From assembly GCA_964016885.1 (NCBI GenBank), contig OZ024766.1, positions 7,936,001 through 8,000,000 on the forward strand: a stretch of 64,000 nt of DNA, written 5' to 3'. This DNA is from Eledone cirrhosa (taxonomy: Eukaryota). A model generated the notes under the pieces. The model saw nothing but the letters and a program-made list of their open reading frames with translations, made no database searches and had not been told where the DNA came from. Positions 11,580 through 24,713 of this stretch are shown piece after piece. The position numbers and the translations under genes were made by a program. How positions within the stretch are numbered: position 1 is the stretch's first letter; every line of letters starts with the position of its first letter.

Positions 11580-13320
11580 CTATCTGTCTGTCTGTCTTTC
11601 CTCTTTTTCTCCTCCCTACCTCCTCTCTGCCTCTCTTTTGCCCCCCCCCCCCTTCTTTTCTGCCTCTCTTCCCCCCTGCCTCTTCCTCTCTGCCTCTCCC
11701 TCCCTTTTCCTCTCTGTCTCTCCCCCCATCACCTCACTTTTCCCCTCTTTCTCTCCCCCATCACCTCACTTCCCATCTGCCTCTCTTTTTCCTCCCCTCC
11801 CCCCTCTCTGCCTCTCTTTTTCCTCCCCTCCCCCCTCTCTGCCTCTCTTTTTCCTCCCCTTCCCCCTCTCTCCTATTTGCCTCTTTTTTCTCTCTTTCCT
11901 CCTCTCTATGTTAACACTGTCTCTCCTTTATCTACTCCCCCACCCTCTGTTATAACTTCCTCCCCTTCTATTCCCCTCTCTATGTAGTCACTTCCTCCCC
12001 TTCATCTATTCCCTCTCTCTAAGTAGTCTCTTTCTCTCCTCTCCCCTTCATCTACTCCCCCTTCTCTCTATGTAGTCACTTCCTCCCCTTCATTTACGTC
12101 CTCTCTCTTCTCCCCATCATCTATTCCTTCTCTCTATGTAGTCACTTCCTGTCTCCTCTTCCCTTCATCTACTCCCCCTCTCTCTATGTAGTCACTTCCT
12201 CCCCTTCATTTATTTCCCCTCTCTCTATGTAGTTACGTCCTCTCTCCTCTCCCCTTCATCTATTCCCCCCCCTCTCTCTCTATGTAGTCACGTCCTCTCT
12301 CCTCATCCCTTCATCTACTCCCCCTCTCTCTATGTTATCACTAAAACCAGTTGCTGAGCTGAAGATATTAACATAAATCTTCCAGGTTTCCATGGAAATG
12401 CGCCCTCAGCGCTTCCCACAAGTGCTTCCCCTCCCCCAACACACATACTCACTTTCTTAGTCACTCTCTCTCTTTCTCTCTCTCTCATACGTTGTTTATC
12501 TCTTTCCTCTTCTCTCTCTTTCTTAGTCTCTCTCTCTCTCTCTCTTATACGTCTTTTCTCTCTCCTTTTCTCTCTCCTTTTCTCTCCTTTTCTCTCCTTT
12601 TCTCTCTCTTTCTTAGTCTCTCTCTCTCTTATACGTCTTTTATCTCTCCTTTTCTCTCTCTCTCTTTCTTTCTCTTATACGTCTTTTACCTCTCTTTTTC
12701 TCTCTCTCTCTTTCTCTCTCTTTTACGTCTCTTATCTCTCCTTTTCTCTCTATCTCTTATACGTTTCTCTCTCTCTCCTTTTCTCTCTGTTACTCCCCCT
12801 CTCATATCTCTCGATATCTCTCTTTATCACTCCCCCTCTCTCATATCTCTTCCTCGCTCCCTTTCATATTTCTATATCTCTCTTCCCTCTCTCTCTTCAC
12901 TCTCTCTCTCTCTCCTCTCTCTCTTCCCTCTCTCTCTTCACTCTCTCTCTTCACTCTCTCTCTCCTCTCTCTCTTCCCTCTCTCTCCTCTCTCATATCTC
13001 TCTTCCCTCTCTCATATCTCTCTTCCTCTTTCTTCTCATATCTTTCTTCCCCCTCTCTCCTCTCTCTCTTCCCCCTCTCTCCTCTCTCTCTTCCCCCTCT
13101 CTCCTCTCTCTCTTCCCCCTCTCTCCTCTCTCTCTCTTCCCCCTCTCATATTTCTCTCTTTCTTCTCCCCTCTCTCTCCCCTCTCTCATATCTCTCTCTC
13201 TCTCCCCTCTCTCATATCTCTCTCTCCCCTCTCTCATACCTCTCTCTCTCCCCTCTCTCTCTCTCCCCTCTCTCATATCTTTCTATCGCCCTCTTCGCCG
13301 CTCTCCTCCCTCTTACTCTC
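11580..13320. repeat. Polypyrimidine (CT-rich) low-complexity tract with degenerate short units
   Basis: Directly visible; CTCTCTATGTAGTCACTTCC recurs in 11975-12340. Confidence 0.9.
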
Positions 13321-13478
13321 TCAAAATACAACTTGTTGTAGTAAAAGCAGCAGTAGTAGTAGTAGCAGTAGTAATAGTAGCAGTCGCTACTATTACTATA
13401 GGCACGCATTCATACGCACAGACACACACATACACACACACACATATATATATACACACACACACGTACATACAGACG

Positions 13479-13516
<38 letters not shown>

Positions 13517-13807
13517 TACGCACAAGCGCGCACTTAGTCTGTTTTTTAAACCATGGAGGATGACGTTTTGGTAAGGTAAGAATCGAAACCGCTTCGGCCC
13601 TTTTTATTCAATATTTATCGCCCATCTGATATGGTCAATGTGTCCACACGTCTCTTGGCTGCCCTCAGCCGCAGCCCCGGGGGTCGGGGTCTGGCGAGAA
13701 GGCGTCAACTCTGTCCCTTTTCACAGCTTCATACATCTAGTTCCGTCGTCCATCTTCAGCATAAGTCTTCTATTTTTTAAAAATGTTATGTCTATACAAT
13801 ATATATA

Positions 13808-13849
<42 letters not shown>

Positions 13850-14199
13850 TTATCCTCTATCTGATGTGGTGTACGTGCCCCCTGGTCTCTTGGCTGTCCT
13901 CAGCCGCATCCCTGGGTGTCGGGATCAACCCTAACCCCTTAACCCTCTCACGCCTCTTCGTCCGTTCCGATATGCCTCAATCGCCGAAACCTTTTTTGTT
14001 TATTACAGTATATATATATATATTGCCTCTTGTCAACCTGTCCCAGCCCTAGGGTCAAGGGATCGGGCTCGGGTTGAATGTGGGGGTCATCTTTGTCCCC
14101 TCACACAGCTTCACAACGCCTCTTTCTCCCATCGTCGTAGCCCCCTTTTTTAAATTTTTATTTTATTTATTACAACATATATATATATATTGCTCTCTC

Positions 14200-14248
<49 letters not shown>

Positions 14249-14447
14249 ATAAATATATATATATATATATATGTGTGTGTGTATCCCGAGTTCGATCGGG
14301 AGTGATTTCCTTCGAATGAAACAGTTCTAGTCCTGTAGAAGCCATTTCTCTCTCTCTCTCTCTATATATATACACAATATATTAACAAATGGAAACTATA
14401 TTTATAAAACCATATTTATTTTATTATACATAATTAAATATAACCTC

Positions 14448-14494
<47 letters not shown>

Positions 14495-14779
14495 ATATAT
14501 ATATATATGTGTGTGTGTATATATATATATGTGTGTGTGTGTATATATATGTGTGTGTATATATATATATATGTATGTGTGTATATATATATATATGTGT
14601 ATATATATATATATGTGTGTGTGTGTATATATATATGTATGTGTGTGTGTATATATATATATATATATGTACTCTCTATATGCTCTGGTCAACGTGTTCA
14701 CCCCCTACACGCCACCACCACCCACGCTCATACTTCATGACTATATGTTTTCGTCACCCTCTGCTCTCTAGCCCTGTCT

Positions 14780-15055
14780 TCAACCCGACGATCACGGGTG
14801 GGGGTGAGGGTGAGGGGTTCATCCTTGCCCAACAATCCCCTCCCCTCCAACCCGACGATCACGTGGTGGGGTGGGGTGGGGGGTTCATCCTTGCCCAACA
14901 ATCCCCTCCCCTCCAACCCGACGATCACGGGTGGGGGTGAGGGTGAGGGGCCCATCCTTGCCCAACAATCCCCTCCCCTCCAACCCGACGATCACGGGTG
15001 GTGGGGGTGGAGGGGGGTTTCATCCTTGCCCAACAATCCCCCCCCCCTCCAAGAT
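14780..15055. repeat. ~65-72-bp GC-rich tandem repeat, 4 copies
   Basis: CAACCCGACGATCACG...CATCCTTGCCCAACAATCCCC occurs four times. Confidence 0.9.
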
Positions 15056-15139
15056 GACCACCAGCGTTCCAGACCTGAGCCCCCTCGGGGTTGCTGAAAT
15101 AAAGGAGTCGATCGCCTGTTTTTCGCCCCACCCTTCTGT

Positions 15140-15444
15140 ATCGTGTGTGTGTGTATGTGTGTGTGTGTGTGTATGTGTGTGTGTGTGTGTGTATGTGTGT
15201 ATGTGCGTGTGTATGTGTGTATGTATGTGTGTGTGTGTGTGTGTGTATGTGTGTGTGTGTGTGTGTGTGTGTTTCGTTTTAAGAAGCTGTCTTCTTAGAC
15301 GTGACATTCCACTATTCAACTGGTCCTTTCTATAAACGTGTGTATATGTGTGTATGTATGTATGTATGTATGTATGTACGTATGTATATGTATGTATGTA
15401 TGTATATATGTATGTGTGTATGTATGTATATATGTATGTGTGTA

Positions 15445-15479
<35 letters not shown>

Positions 15480-15923
15480 GTACGTATATATATATGTATG
15501 TGTGTGTATGTATATATATATGTACGTATATATATATATAATGTGTATGTATATATATGTGTATGTATATATATATATGTATGTGTATGTATATATATAT
15601 ATGTATGTATATATATATATGTGTATGTATATATATATATATATGTATGTGTGTGTATATATATGTATGTGTGTGTATATATATGTATGTGTGTGTATAT
15701 ATATGTATGTGTATGTATATATATATATGTATGTGTGTGTATATATATGTATGTGTGTGTATATATATGTATGTGTGTGTATATATATGTATGTGTATGT
15801 ATATATATATATATGTATGTGTATGTATATATATATGTATGTGTGTGTATATATATGTATGTATATATATATATATATGTGTATGTATATATATGTATGT
15901 GTATATATATATGTATATATGTA

Positions 15924-15970
<47 letters not shown>
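15140..15970. repeat. (GT)n/(TATG)n/(TA)n microsatellite
   Basis: Directly visible. Confidence 0.95.
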
Positions 15971-15972
<2 letters not shown>

Positions 15973-16068
15973 AAGAGTTAAACAAGATTCAATGAGTATA
16001 TCAAAGAATGAGTTTTACAGTAGATTGGAAGCACTCTACAGCAAAAAAATAATTTTCCGGAGTTATTA

Positions 16069-16365
16069 ATATTAGAATACAAATATTAATAAAATAGATG
16101 TTCTTTTGATCAATTAAATTTTATTATACATATTTCGGAGGTACAACAGTACGTTCTCATCAGACAAAATATAATGATACATGACATACTCTGAGATGTT
16201 AAATGGTCTACCTTGATTAAATCTTAACCATTTAACATCTCAGAGTATGTCATGTATCATTATATTTTGTCTGATGAGGACGTACTGTTGTACCTCTGAA
16301 ATATGTATAATAAAATGTAATTGATCAAAAGAACATCTATTTTATTAATATTTATATTTTAATAT
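16069..16365. repeat. Long inverted repeat (~139-bp arms, 19-bp spacer) with an HHR-like motif in each arm
   Basis: 16069-16207 is the near-perfect reverse complement of 16227-16365; CTGATGA at 16271 and GAAA at 16298. Confidence 0.92.
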
Positions 16366-17085
16366 ATTTATATATAGTAATAATAATAAATTTGAAGACT
16401 CAAACTGTTTCTACCTTTGGCACAATGCCAGCAAATACTCAGTGTATTACTGGTACTTTATTATATATCATATACATACATTATATATATATATATATAA
16501 TGTATGTATGTATATATGTATGTATGTGAGTATATATATATGTGTGTATGTGAATATATATGTATGTATGAGTATATATATGTATGTATGTATGTATGTG
16601 AATATATATGTATGTATGAGTATATATATATATGTGTGTATGTATGTATGTGTGTATATATGTATGTTTGTGTGTATATATGTATATATGTGAGTATATG
16701 TATGTATGTGAGTGTGTATATATGTATATGTATGTATGTAGGTGTATATATATATATGTATGTATGTAGGTGTATATATATATATGTATGTATGTGTGTG
16801 TCTATGTATATACTCACATTCGTGTATAGGAACGGGTGTATATAAGCTAATTAACACACACACACACACACTCACACACATATATATATATATATATATA
16901 ATTCGTGTCAAAATGTTTGATGATATATATTATTACTATATATATATTTATATATATATATATATATGTATACATATTAAGTATATACATAGCTGTCTAT
17001 ACAACAAGTACCTGTTTCTCTGTGTATATATACATGTATGTATAACCGAACGGACGTAAGCTATATAATCTATTTTAACACACAG

Positions 17086-17151
<66 letters not shown>

Positions 17152-17625
17152 TGTGTGTGTGTGTATGTCGAAATGAGGTTGTAGATGCCTGTGTGTATAA
17201 ATTATGAGAATGCAACTATATATATATATATATATATATATACACGTATACACACCCACAACTGTAGGTCTGTGTATGAATGAAAAAAAATATATATTCT
17301 TGAGAATCTGAAGATACAGCAGGGTGTAGACTGTGTCTATATATATATATATTATGTTTAAATGTATGTTTGTGAATATAATTATATATATATATATATG
17401 TGTGTGTGAATATATACATGTAGATTTATGCAGTAATATATATACACTTTTGATAATTATATTCGTATATATACGTGTATGTGTGTGTATATATATATAT
17501 ATAGATAGATAGATGTCTATGTGTGTGTGTATATATATATATATATAGATGTGTGTGTGTATATATATATATATATAGAGAGAGAGATGTCTATGTGTGT
17601 ACATGTATATATATATAGATGTCTA

Positions 17626-17656
<31 letters not shown>

Positions 17657-17691
17657 GTGTGTGTATATATATATATTTAGATGTCTAACGA

Positions 17692-17739
<48 letters not shown>

Positions 17740-17765
17740 ATATATATTATGTCTATACAACAAGT

Positions 17766-17801
<36 letters not shown>

Positions 17802-17860
17802 ATATATATATATACACACACACACATACAACAAGTAGCTGTCTGTCTCTCTCTCTCTAT

Positions 17861-17908
<48 letters not shown>

Positions 17909-17999
17909 ATATATATATATATATATACACACCCTACTTTACACAACCATCCGTTAACAAATGCCGCCTCATCACCGCAAAACATGGCCGAACATATTC

Positions 18000-18970
18000 C
18001 CCCTCCCCTCTCTCTGTAGTCTTTACTCTTTCTCTCTCTCTCTCTGTAGTCTTTACTCTTTCTCTCTCTCTCTGTAGTCTTTACTCTTTCTCTCTCTCTC
18101 TCTGTAGTCTTTACTCTTTCTCTCTCTGTAGTCTTTACTCTCCTCCTCTGTCCCTTGTTTACTCTCCTCCTCTCTTTCTCTGTGTCTTGTTTATTCCGCT
18201 CACTCTTCTTTTCTCATCCCCCTCTGTCTCTGTTTCTCTTGTTTACTCATCCCCCCCTCTCTCTCTCTGTTTCTCTTGTTTACTCTCTCCCTTATTCTCT
18301 TGTTTACTCTCCCTCCCTCTCTCTCTTGTTTACTCTCCCTCTCTCTCTCTCTTGTTTACTCTCCCTCCCTCTCTTGTTTACTCATCCCTCTCTCACTTGT
18401 TTGCCCTCTCTCTTGTTTACTCATCCATCTCTCTTTCTCTAGCGTATAACTCTCTCCATCTCTTCATTGTTTACTCCTCTCTCTCTCCCTTGTTTACTCC
18501 TCTCACCCTCTCCCTCTCACTCCCACTCTCCCTTTCATTCATTTTATCTTTCTTTATCTCGTTTTCTTTTCTCTCTCTCTATCTTTCGATTTTCAGCCTC
18601 TTTTCTCCTGTTGATCTCTCTCTCTCACTTTGTCACACCCTCTCTCTCACTTTGTCACACCCTCTCTCTCTCTCACTTTGTCACACTCTCTCTCTCTCTC
18701 TCTGACCCACCACCACTCTTTTCTACATTACATGTTCACCCTTTCTCTCCCTTATTTAATATCAATCTATCTATTCTAACCGCCCCCCTTCTCTCTCTCT
18801 CGGTCTCTATATATCTGTTTCTCTCCCTCCCGCTCGTCTATCTCTCCCCCTCTCTCTATGTTTATATATATATCAGTTTCTCTCCCTCCCTCTCTCGTCT
18901 ATCTATCTATCTAGTATCACCCCCTCTCTCTATGTCTGTTTCTCACTCCTATCACTCCCTTATCTCATAG
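18000..18970. repeat. Polypyrimidine tract with CTGTAGTCTTTACTC / CTTGTTTACTC units
   Basis: Directly visible. Confidence 0.9.
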
Positions 18971-19042
18971 TCCCCTCCCCCTCCCCCACCGACACAACCC
19001 AGTTACGATGTTTTGGTACAAAGGTGGGTGTTAATTGCTCCC

Positions 19043-20620
19043 TATAGTGGCGGTGTGGTGGTGGTGTAGTGGTGTGGATTGGTGACGGTGTGGTGTGGTG
19101 TTGTAGTGTCGTAGGTTGGTGGTGTAGTGGTGGTGATAGCTCTATATAGTGGCGGTGTGGTGGTGGATTGGTGACGGTGTGGTGTTGTCTTGGTGGTGTA
19201 GTGGCGGTGTGGTGGTGTAGTGGTGTGGATTGGTGACGGTGTGGTGTGGTGTTGTAGTGTCGTAGGTTGGTGGTGTAGTGGTGGTGATAGCTCTATATAG
19301 TGGCGGTGTGGTGGTGGATTGGTGACGGTGTGGTGTGGTGTAGTGGCGGTGTGGTGGTGTAGTGGTGTGGATTGGTGACGGTGTGGTGTGGTGTTGTAGT
19401 GTCGTAGGTTGGTGGTGTAGTGGTGGTGATAGCTGTATATAGTGGCGGATTTGGTGGTGGATTGGTGACGGTGTGGTGTGGTGTTGTCTTGGTGGTGTAG
19501 TGGCGGTGTAGTGGTGTGGATTGGTGACGGTGTGGTGTGGTGTTGTAGTGTCGTAGGTTGGTGGTGTAGTGGTGGTGATAGCTCTATATAGTGGCGGTGT
19601 GGTGGTGGATTGGTGACGGTGTGGTGTGGTGTTGTCTTGGTGGTGTAGTGGCGGTGTGGTGGTGTAGTGGTGTGGATTGGTGACGGTGTGGTGTGGTGTT
19701 GTAGTGTCGTAGGTTGGTGGTGTAGTGGTGGTGATAGCTCTATATAGTGGCGGTGTGGTGGTGGATTGGTGACGGTGTGGTGTGGTGTTGTCTTGGTGGT
19801 GTAGTGGCGGTGTGGTGGTGTAGTGGTGTGGATTGGTGACGGTGTGGTGTGGTGTGGTGTTGTCGTAGTGTCGTAGGTTGGTGGTGTAGTGGCGGTGTGG
19901 TGTCGTAAGTGTGGTGGTGTGGTGGTGTAGTGGTGGTGATAGCTCTATATAGTGGCGGTGTGGTGTCGTAGGTGTGGTGGTGTAGTGGTGTCGTAGGTTG
20001 GTGGTGTGGTGTCGTAGGTTGGTGGTGTAGTGGTGGTGATAGCTCTATATAGTGGCGGTGTGGTGGTGTAGTGGTGGTGACAGCTCTATATAGTAGTGGT
20101 GTCGTCGTAGGTTGGTGGTGTAGTGGTGGTGATAGCTCTATATAGTGGCGGTGTGGTGTCGTAGGTTGGTGGTGTAGTGTCTTGGTATAATGGTGTGGTG
20201 ATGTGTGATGTCTTGGTGTAATGGTGTGGTGTAGTGTGGCCTGGTGTGGTGTGGGATCATAGTGTGGTGTGGTGTGGTGTGGGATCATAGTTTGGTGGCT
20301 GTGTAGAGGTGAGGTGTGGTGTGGGATCGTAGTTTGGTGGCTGTGTAGAGGTGTGATGTGGTGTGGTGTGGTATCGTAGTTTGGTGGCTGTGTAGAGGTG
20401 TGGTGTGGTGTGGTGTGGTGTGGTATCGTAGTTTGGTGGCTGTGTAGAGGTGTGATGTGGTGTGGTGTGGTGTGGTGTGGTGTGGTATCGTAGTTTGGTG
20501 GCTGTGTAGAGGTGTGATGTGATGTGGTGTGGTGTGGTGTGGTGTGGTGTGGTATCGTAGTTTGGTGGCTGTGTAGAGGTGTGGTGTGGTGTAGTATTAT
20601 AGATTGGTGGTGGTGTAGGT
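19043..20620. repeat. GT-rich compound minisatellite with ~150-bp higher-order unit
   Basis: GATAGCTCTATATAGTGGCGG recurs about every 140-156 bp; changes to ATCGTAGTTTGGTGGCTGTGTAGAGG units after ~20280. Confidence 0.88.
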
Positions 20621-20749
20621 GGTGGCCAAGATTGGCCACAACGTACCTTGCTCTGACAGGACTAAATGTGGCTGGGGCTTTTACAGCTGGATGCCCTTCC
20701 TAACCCCTACCACATCTACAGTGTGGACTGGATGGTACACACACACACA

Positions 20750-20799
<50 letters not shown>

Positions 20800-20896
20800 G
20801 CTGCAAACTCTGCTAAGAGTATTGCAATTGCTGTACTGTCTGTCTGTCTCTCTATACACACACACACACACATACACACACATACACACACACACA

Positions 20897-20940
<44 letters not shown>

Positions 20941-20993
20941 GCTGCAAACTCTGCTAAGAGTATTGCAATTGCTGTACTGTCTGTCTGTCTCTC

Positions 20994-21085
<92 letters not shown>

Positions 21086-21247
21086 CACACCCTACTTTAC
21101 ACAACCATCCGTTAACAAATGCCGCCGCATCACCGCAAAACATGGCCGAACGTACCCCCCATCCCCTCTCTCTTCTTTACTCTTTCTCTCTGGGTAATTG
21201 CTGGCCTTGTGCCAAAAGTAGAAACAATTATATATATGTATATATAA

Positions 21248-21325
<78 letters not shown>

Positions 21326-21564
21326 CAATAATCAAAGTTCAGTTTAAATCATTTATTTGCTTACAATTGTTTCCTCCAAACCGAGGTTTGGATTCTTCGG
21401 AGCAACTATTTAGTGATCTATAACATACTTGACCTCCTTTACAACACAAGAGACATATAAAAACATATGCACATATTGACCCACAGTGGGTTGACATCCA
21501 TCAAAATGATATAGCATGGTAATTTACATATAAAGGTTAAAGGATTAAAATAAAAATAAAACAT

Positions 21565-21966
21565 TCTGAAACATAATTGTTTCTACTTCAGGCACAAGGC
21601 CAGCAATTACCCAGTGCATTACTGGTACTTTATTTTATCGACCCCGTAAGGATGAAAGGCAAAGTCAACCTCGGCGGGATTTGAACTCAGACTTGCAAAG
21701 GGACGTAACTATGCTGGAAAGCATGGCGTCAGACCCTCTACCGATACTGCCAATCCACCTCTGAAACATAATTGTTTCTACTTTAGGCACAAGGCCAGCA
21801 AATACCCAGTGCATTACTGGTACTTTATTTTATCGACCCCGTAAGGATGAAAGGCAAAGTCAACCTCGGCGGGACTTGAACTCAGATCGTAAAGGGACGT
21901 AACTATGCTGGAAAGCATGGCGTCCGACCCTCTACCGATACTGCCAATCCACCTCTGAAACATAAT
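21565..21966 (-). mobile_element. Head-to-tail dimer of SINE family C
   Basis: Two ~195-bp copies bounded by TCTGAAACATAAT at 21565, 21760 and 21954. Confidence 0.88.
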
Positions 21967-22060
21967 GAATGACTATTTTTCACTATTTGGCGTTTGTATA
22001 TGAAAAATATATAACCATAAAAGGTTTTATTATATACATAACCATAAATAGTATCCTTAA

Positions 22061-22096
<36 letters not shown>

Positions 22097-22101
<5 letters not shown>

Positions 22102-22390
22102 ATGCAAACTCACGCTAAGAGTATTGCAATCGCTTAGTCAGATTCAGATGTGGGACGCTCGGATATGGCTTTTCAAGCCTGCTAGAGACTTGCACCCCTT
22201 CACACACTGACGACAACTATGGATCTCCCTGGCTTCAGGTCCTGCATCAGGTTGCCTGTGAACCCTCACAATACCATGGAGACCATAGTTGACTGGTTCT
22301 CTCTGAACATGGCTGCAACTGTGGCTCCTGAGACCAGATTTACTCAAGCAAATCTTTCCACACTCAGGGCAGGGCACTCCAATTCAATGG
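22097..22390 (-). mobile_element. LINE (probably RTE) 3' end encoding two C2H2-like fingers
   Basis: CPECGKICLSKSGLRSH and CRQCVKGCKSLAGLKSH, then a stop, a short tail and (TA)n; short tail remnants also at ~20797 and ~20938; lacks TGEKP linkers. Confidence 0.7.
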
Positions 22391-22685
22391 AGACACCGAT
22401 TGTTTTGAGAGATACACCAGGGCATTGCTTACGCACATCCCGTTTGATATTCTCGTGTTCTATGTATATATATACACATATGTTCATTACATCATTCATG
22501 TCAAGGATATGATAGGCTTCTCTAGTGTTCAGTAATCTAGATAATAAAAGCACCTGGTACACTCTGTAAAGTGGTTGGGGATAAGAAGAGTACCCAGCCG
22601 TAGAAAGCTTGCTAATTAAAAGGTTGGGAAGACCCCTTAGTTATGGCAAGGACATGACACCTTCTCTTGTGTTGGTGATCTACAC

Positions 22686-23594
22686 CAGGCATGTCAAACT
22701 GAAGGTCCCCCGAGGGCCACATGGTTCACATATGTGTTGTCCAAGGGCCACATGGTTCACATATGTGTTGTCCAAGGGCCACATGGTTCACATATGTGTT
22801 GTCCAAGGGCCACATGGTTCACATATGTGTTGTCCAAGGGCCACATGGTTCACATATGTGTTGTCCAAGGGCCACATGGTTCACATGTGTTGTCCAAGGG
22901 CCACATGGTTCACATATGTGTTGTCCAAGGGCCACATGGTTCACATATGTGCTGTCCAAGGGCCACATGGTTCACATATGTGCTGTCCAAGGGCCACATG
23001 GTTCACATGTGTTGTCCAAGGGCCACATGGTTCACATATGTGTTGTCCAAGGGCCACATGGTTCACATATGTGTTGTCCAAGGGCCACATGGTTCACATA
23101 TGTGTTGTCCAAGGGCCACATGGTTCACATATGTGCTGTCCAAGGGCCACATGGTTCACATATGTGCTGTCCAAGGGCCACATGGTTCACATATGTGCTG
23201 TCCAAGGGCCACATGGTTCACATATGTGTTGTCCAAGGGCCACATGGTTCACATATGTGCTGTCCAAGGGCCACATGGTTCACATATGTGCTGTCCAAGG
23301 GCCACATGGTTCACATATGTGCTGTCCAAGGGCCACATGGTTCACATATGTGTTGTCCAAGGGCCACATGGTTCACATATGTGTTGTCCAAGGGCCACAT
23401 GGTTCACATATGTGCTGTCCAAGGGCCACATGGTTCACATATGTGTTGTCCAAGGGCCACACACGACAACTAATTTAAAAAATGTTATACTGCGAAGATA
23501 AAAACTTCTTGTGCTGTAAAAACCTATGTGCAAGCCACAAGTGTGCCTGTAAAGGGCCACATGGGGCCCTTGGGCCTCATGTTTGACATGTTTG
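22686..23594 (+). mobile_element. Non-autonomous hAT-type DNA transposon (MITE) with 8-bp TSD
   Basis: TIRs CAGGCATGTCAAAC (22686) and GTTTGACATGTTTG (23581-23594); ATCTACAC duplicated at 22678-22685 and 23595-23602; inserted in SINE-derived sequence. Confidence 0.9.
22712..23460. repeat. 31-bp minisatellite (~24 copies) inside the hAT MITE
   Basis: AAGGGCCACATGGTTCACATATGTG(T/C)TGTCC; a few 29-bp variants. Confidence 0.96.
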
Positions 23595-23877
23595 ATCTAC
23601 ACAAAAAAGCACCCAGTACACTCTGTACAGTGGCTGGTGATAAGAAGGGTATCCAGCTGTGGAAATCTTGCTAAACAAAGGGTTGGGAGGTCCCTTGGTT
23701 GAGTCAAAGACATGACAACCTCACTAGTGTTGGTGTCACAATAAAACACACGCAGCCCTCTCTAAGCTTGCCCTAGAAAGGGTTTGGAAGACCTTTCAGT
23801 TGTGACGTAGACATGACCGCCTCTGTTGTGTGATTGGGAGAGATGTGAGACCACAGACTTCCAGCCTCATCTGTGCC

Positions 23878-24120
23878 TCACACAAAGAAGTCGAGGGGGT
23901 TGTAGTCAGGCGAGCTGGGAGGCCAGATGTCGGGTGAAGTGTGATCGACGAAGTTCTCTGACAGCCAGGCTTGGGTCTTTCTGCTGTTATGGCAGGGCGC
24001 TGAGTCTTGCTGCCACACGTACGGCCTACCTGCAGCTACCTGGTCGATCCAGGGCTTTACTACCTCGCTCAGAACGCGGATGTAGCCATCGGTGTTCAGC
24101 TTGAGGCCCTCGGGGAAGAG
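23878..24120 (-). pseudogene. Tc1/mariner-superfamily transposase fragment (DD37D/maT-like catalytic region)
   Basis: YVWQQDSAPCH...WPPSSPDYNPLDF motifs in ORF 23878..24234. Confidence 0.9.
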
Positions 24121-24321
24121 TGGAAGACCTTTCAGTTGTGACATAGGCATGACAGCCTCTGTTGTGTGATTGGTAGAGATGTGAGACCACACCTTAGTGA
24201 GGTGGCAGACTTCCAGCCTGATCAGTAGCCACACACCTGTATTGCTTTGATTTCTGTTGACCCATCAAACCCAGTTTTAGTGGGGGTGTCGACCTATGTA
24301 CACCGGCATATACGGTGTGTG

Positions 24322-24363
<42 letters not shown>

Positions 24364-24483
24364 AAGAGATGAGATGTCAACATCAAAGGGCCTATTATTT
24401 TTCTCTAAAGACATTTTTTTGCAATTCTGTCCCGCCCCGCCCCGCCCCGCCCGTCCCTTCAATCTTACTAATTTCTCATTCTT

Positions 24484-24519
24484 TCTTCTGATGAAGGACT
24501 AGCGTCCGAAACGTTAAGA
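24484..24519 (+). ncRNA. Minimal type I hammerhead ribozyme motif (Penelope-like), copy 1
   Basis: TCTT-CTGATGA-A-GGAC(TAGC)GTCC-GAA-ACGT-T-AAGA: stem I TCTT/AAGA, 4-bp stem II, palindromic ACGT in place of stem III. Confidence 0.75.
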
Positions 24520-24610
24520 CACTCTTTCTGCTATTTCAAGTGTTAACCTAATATATTCCTTCCATATACTGTACTGATTGTGTTGTTATTTCTGTTTACC
24601 TTTTACATAC

Positions 24611-24646
<36 letters not shown>

Positions 24647-24713
24647 ATATATGTATATATATATATCAATTCCAACCCACCCGTCCCCTCAATCTATCTT
24701 ATTCCTCATTCTT

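Noticed and set aside
22144-22377. Host C2H2 zinc-finger gene
   Set aside because: Only two degenerate fingers, no TGEKP linkers, followed by a retroelement-like tail with dispersed remnants; better explained as a LINE C-terminus.
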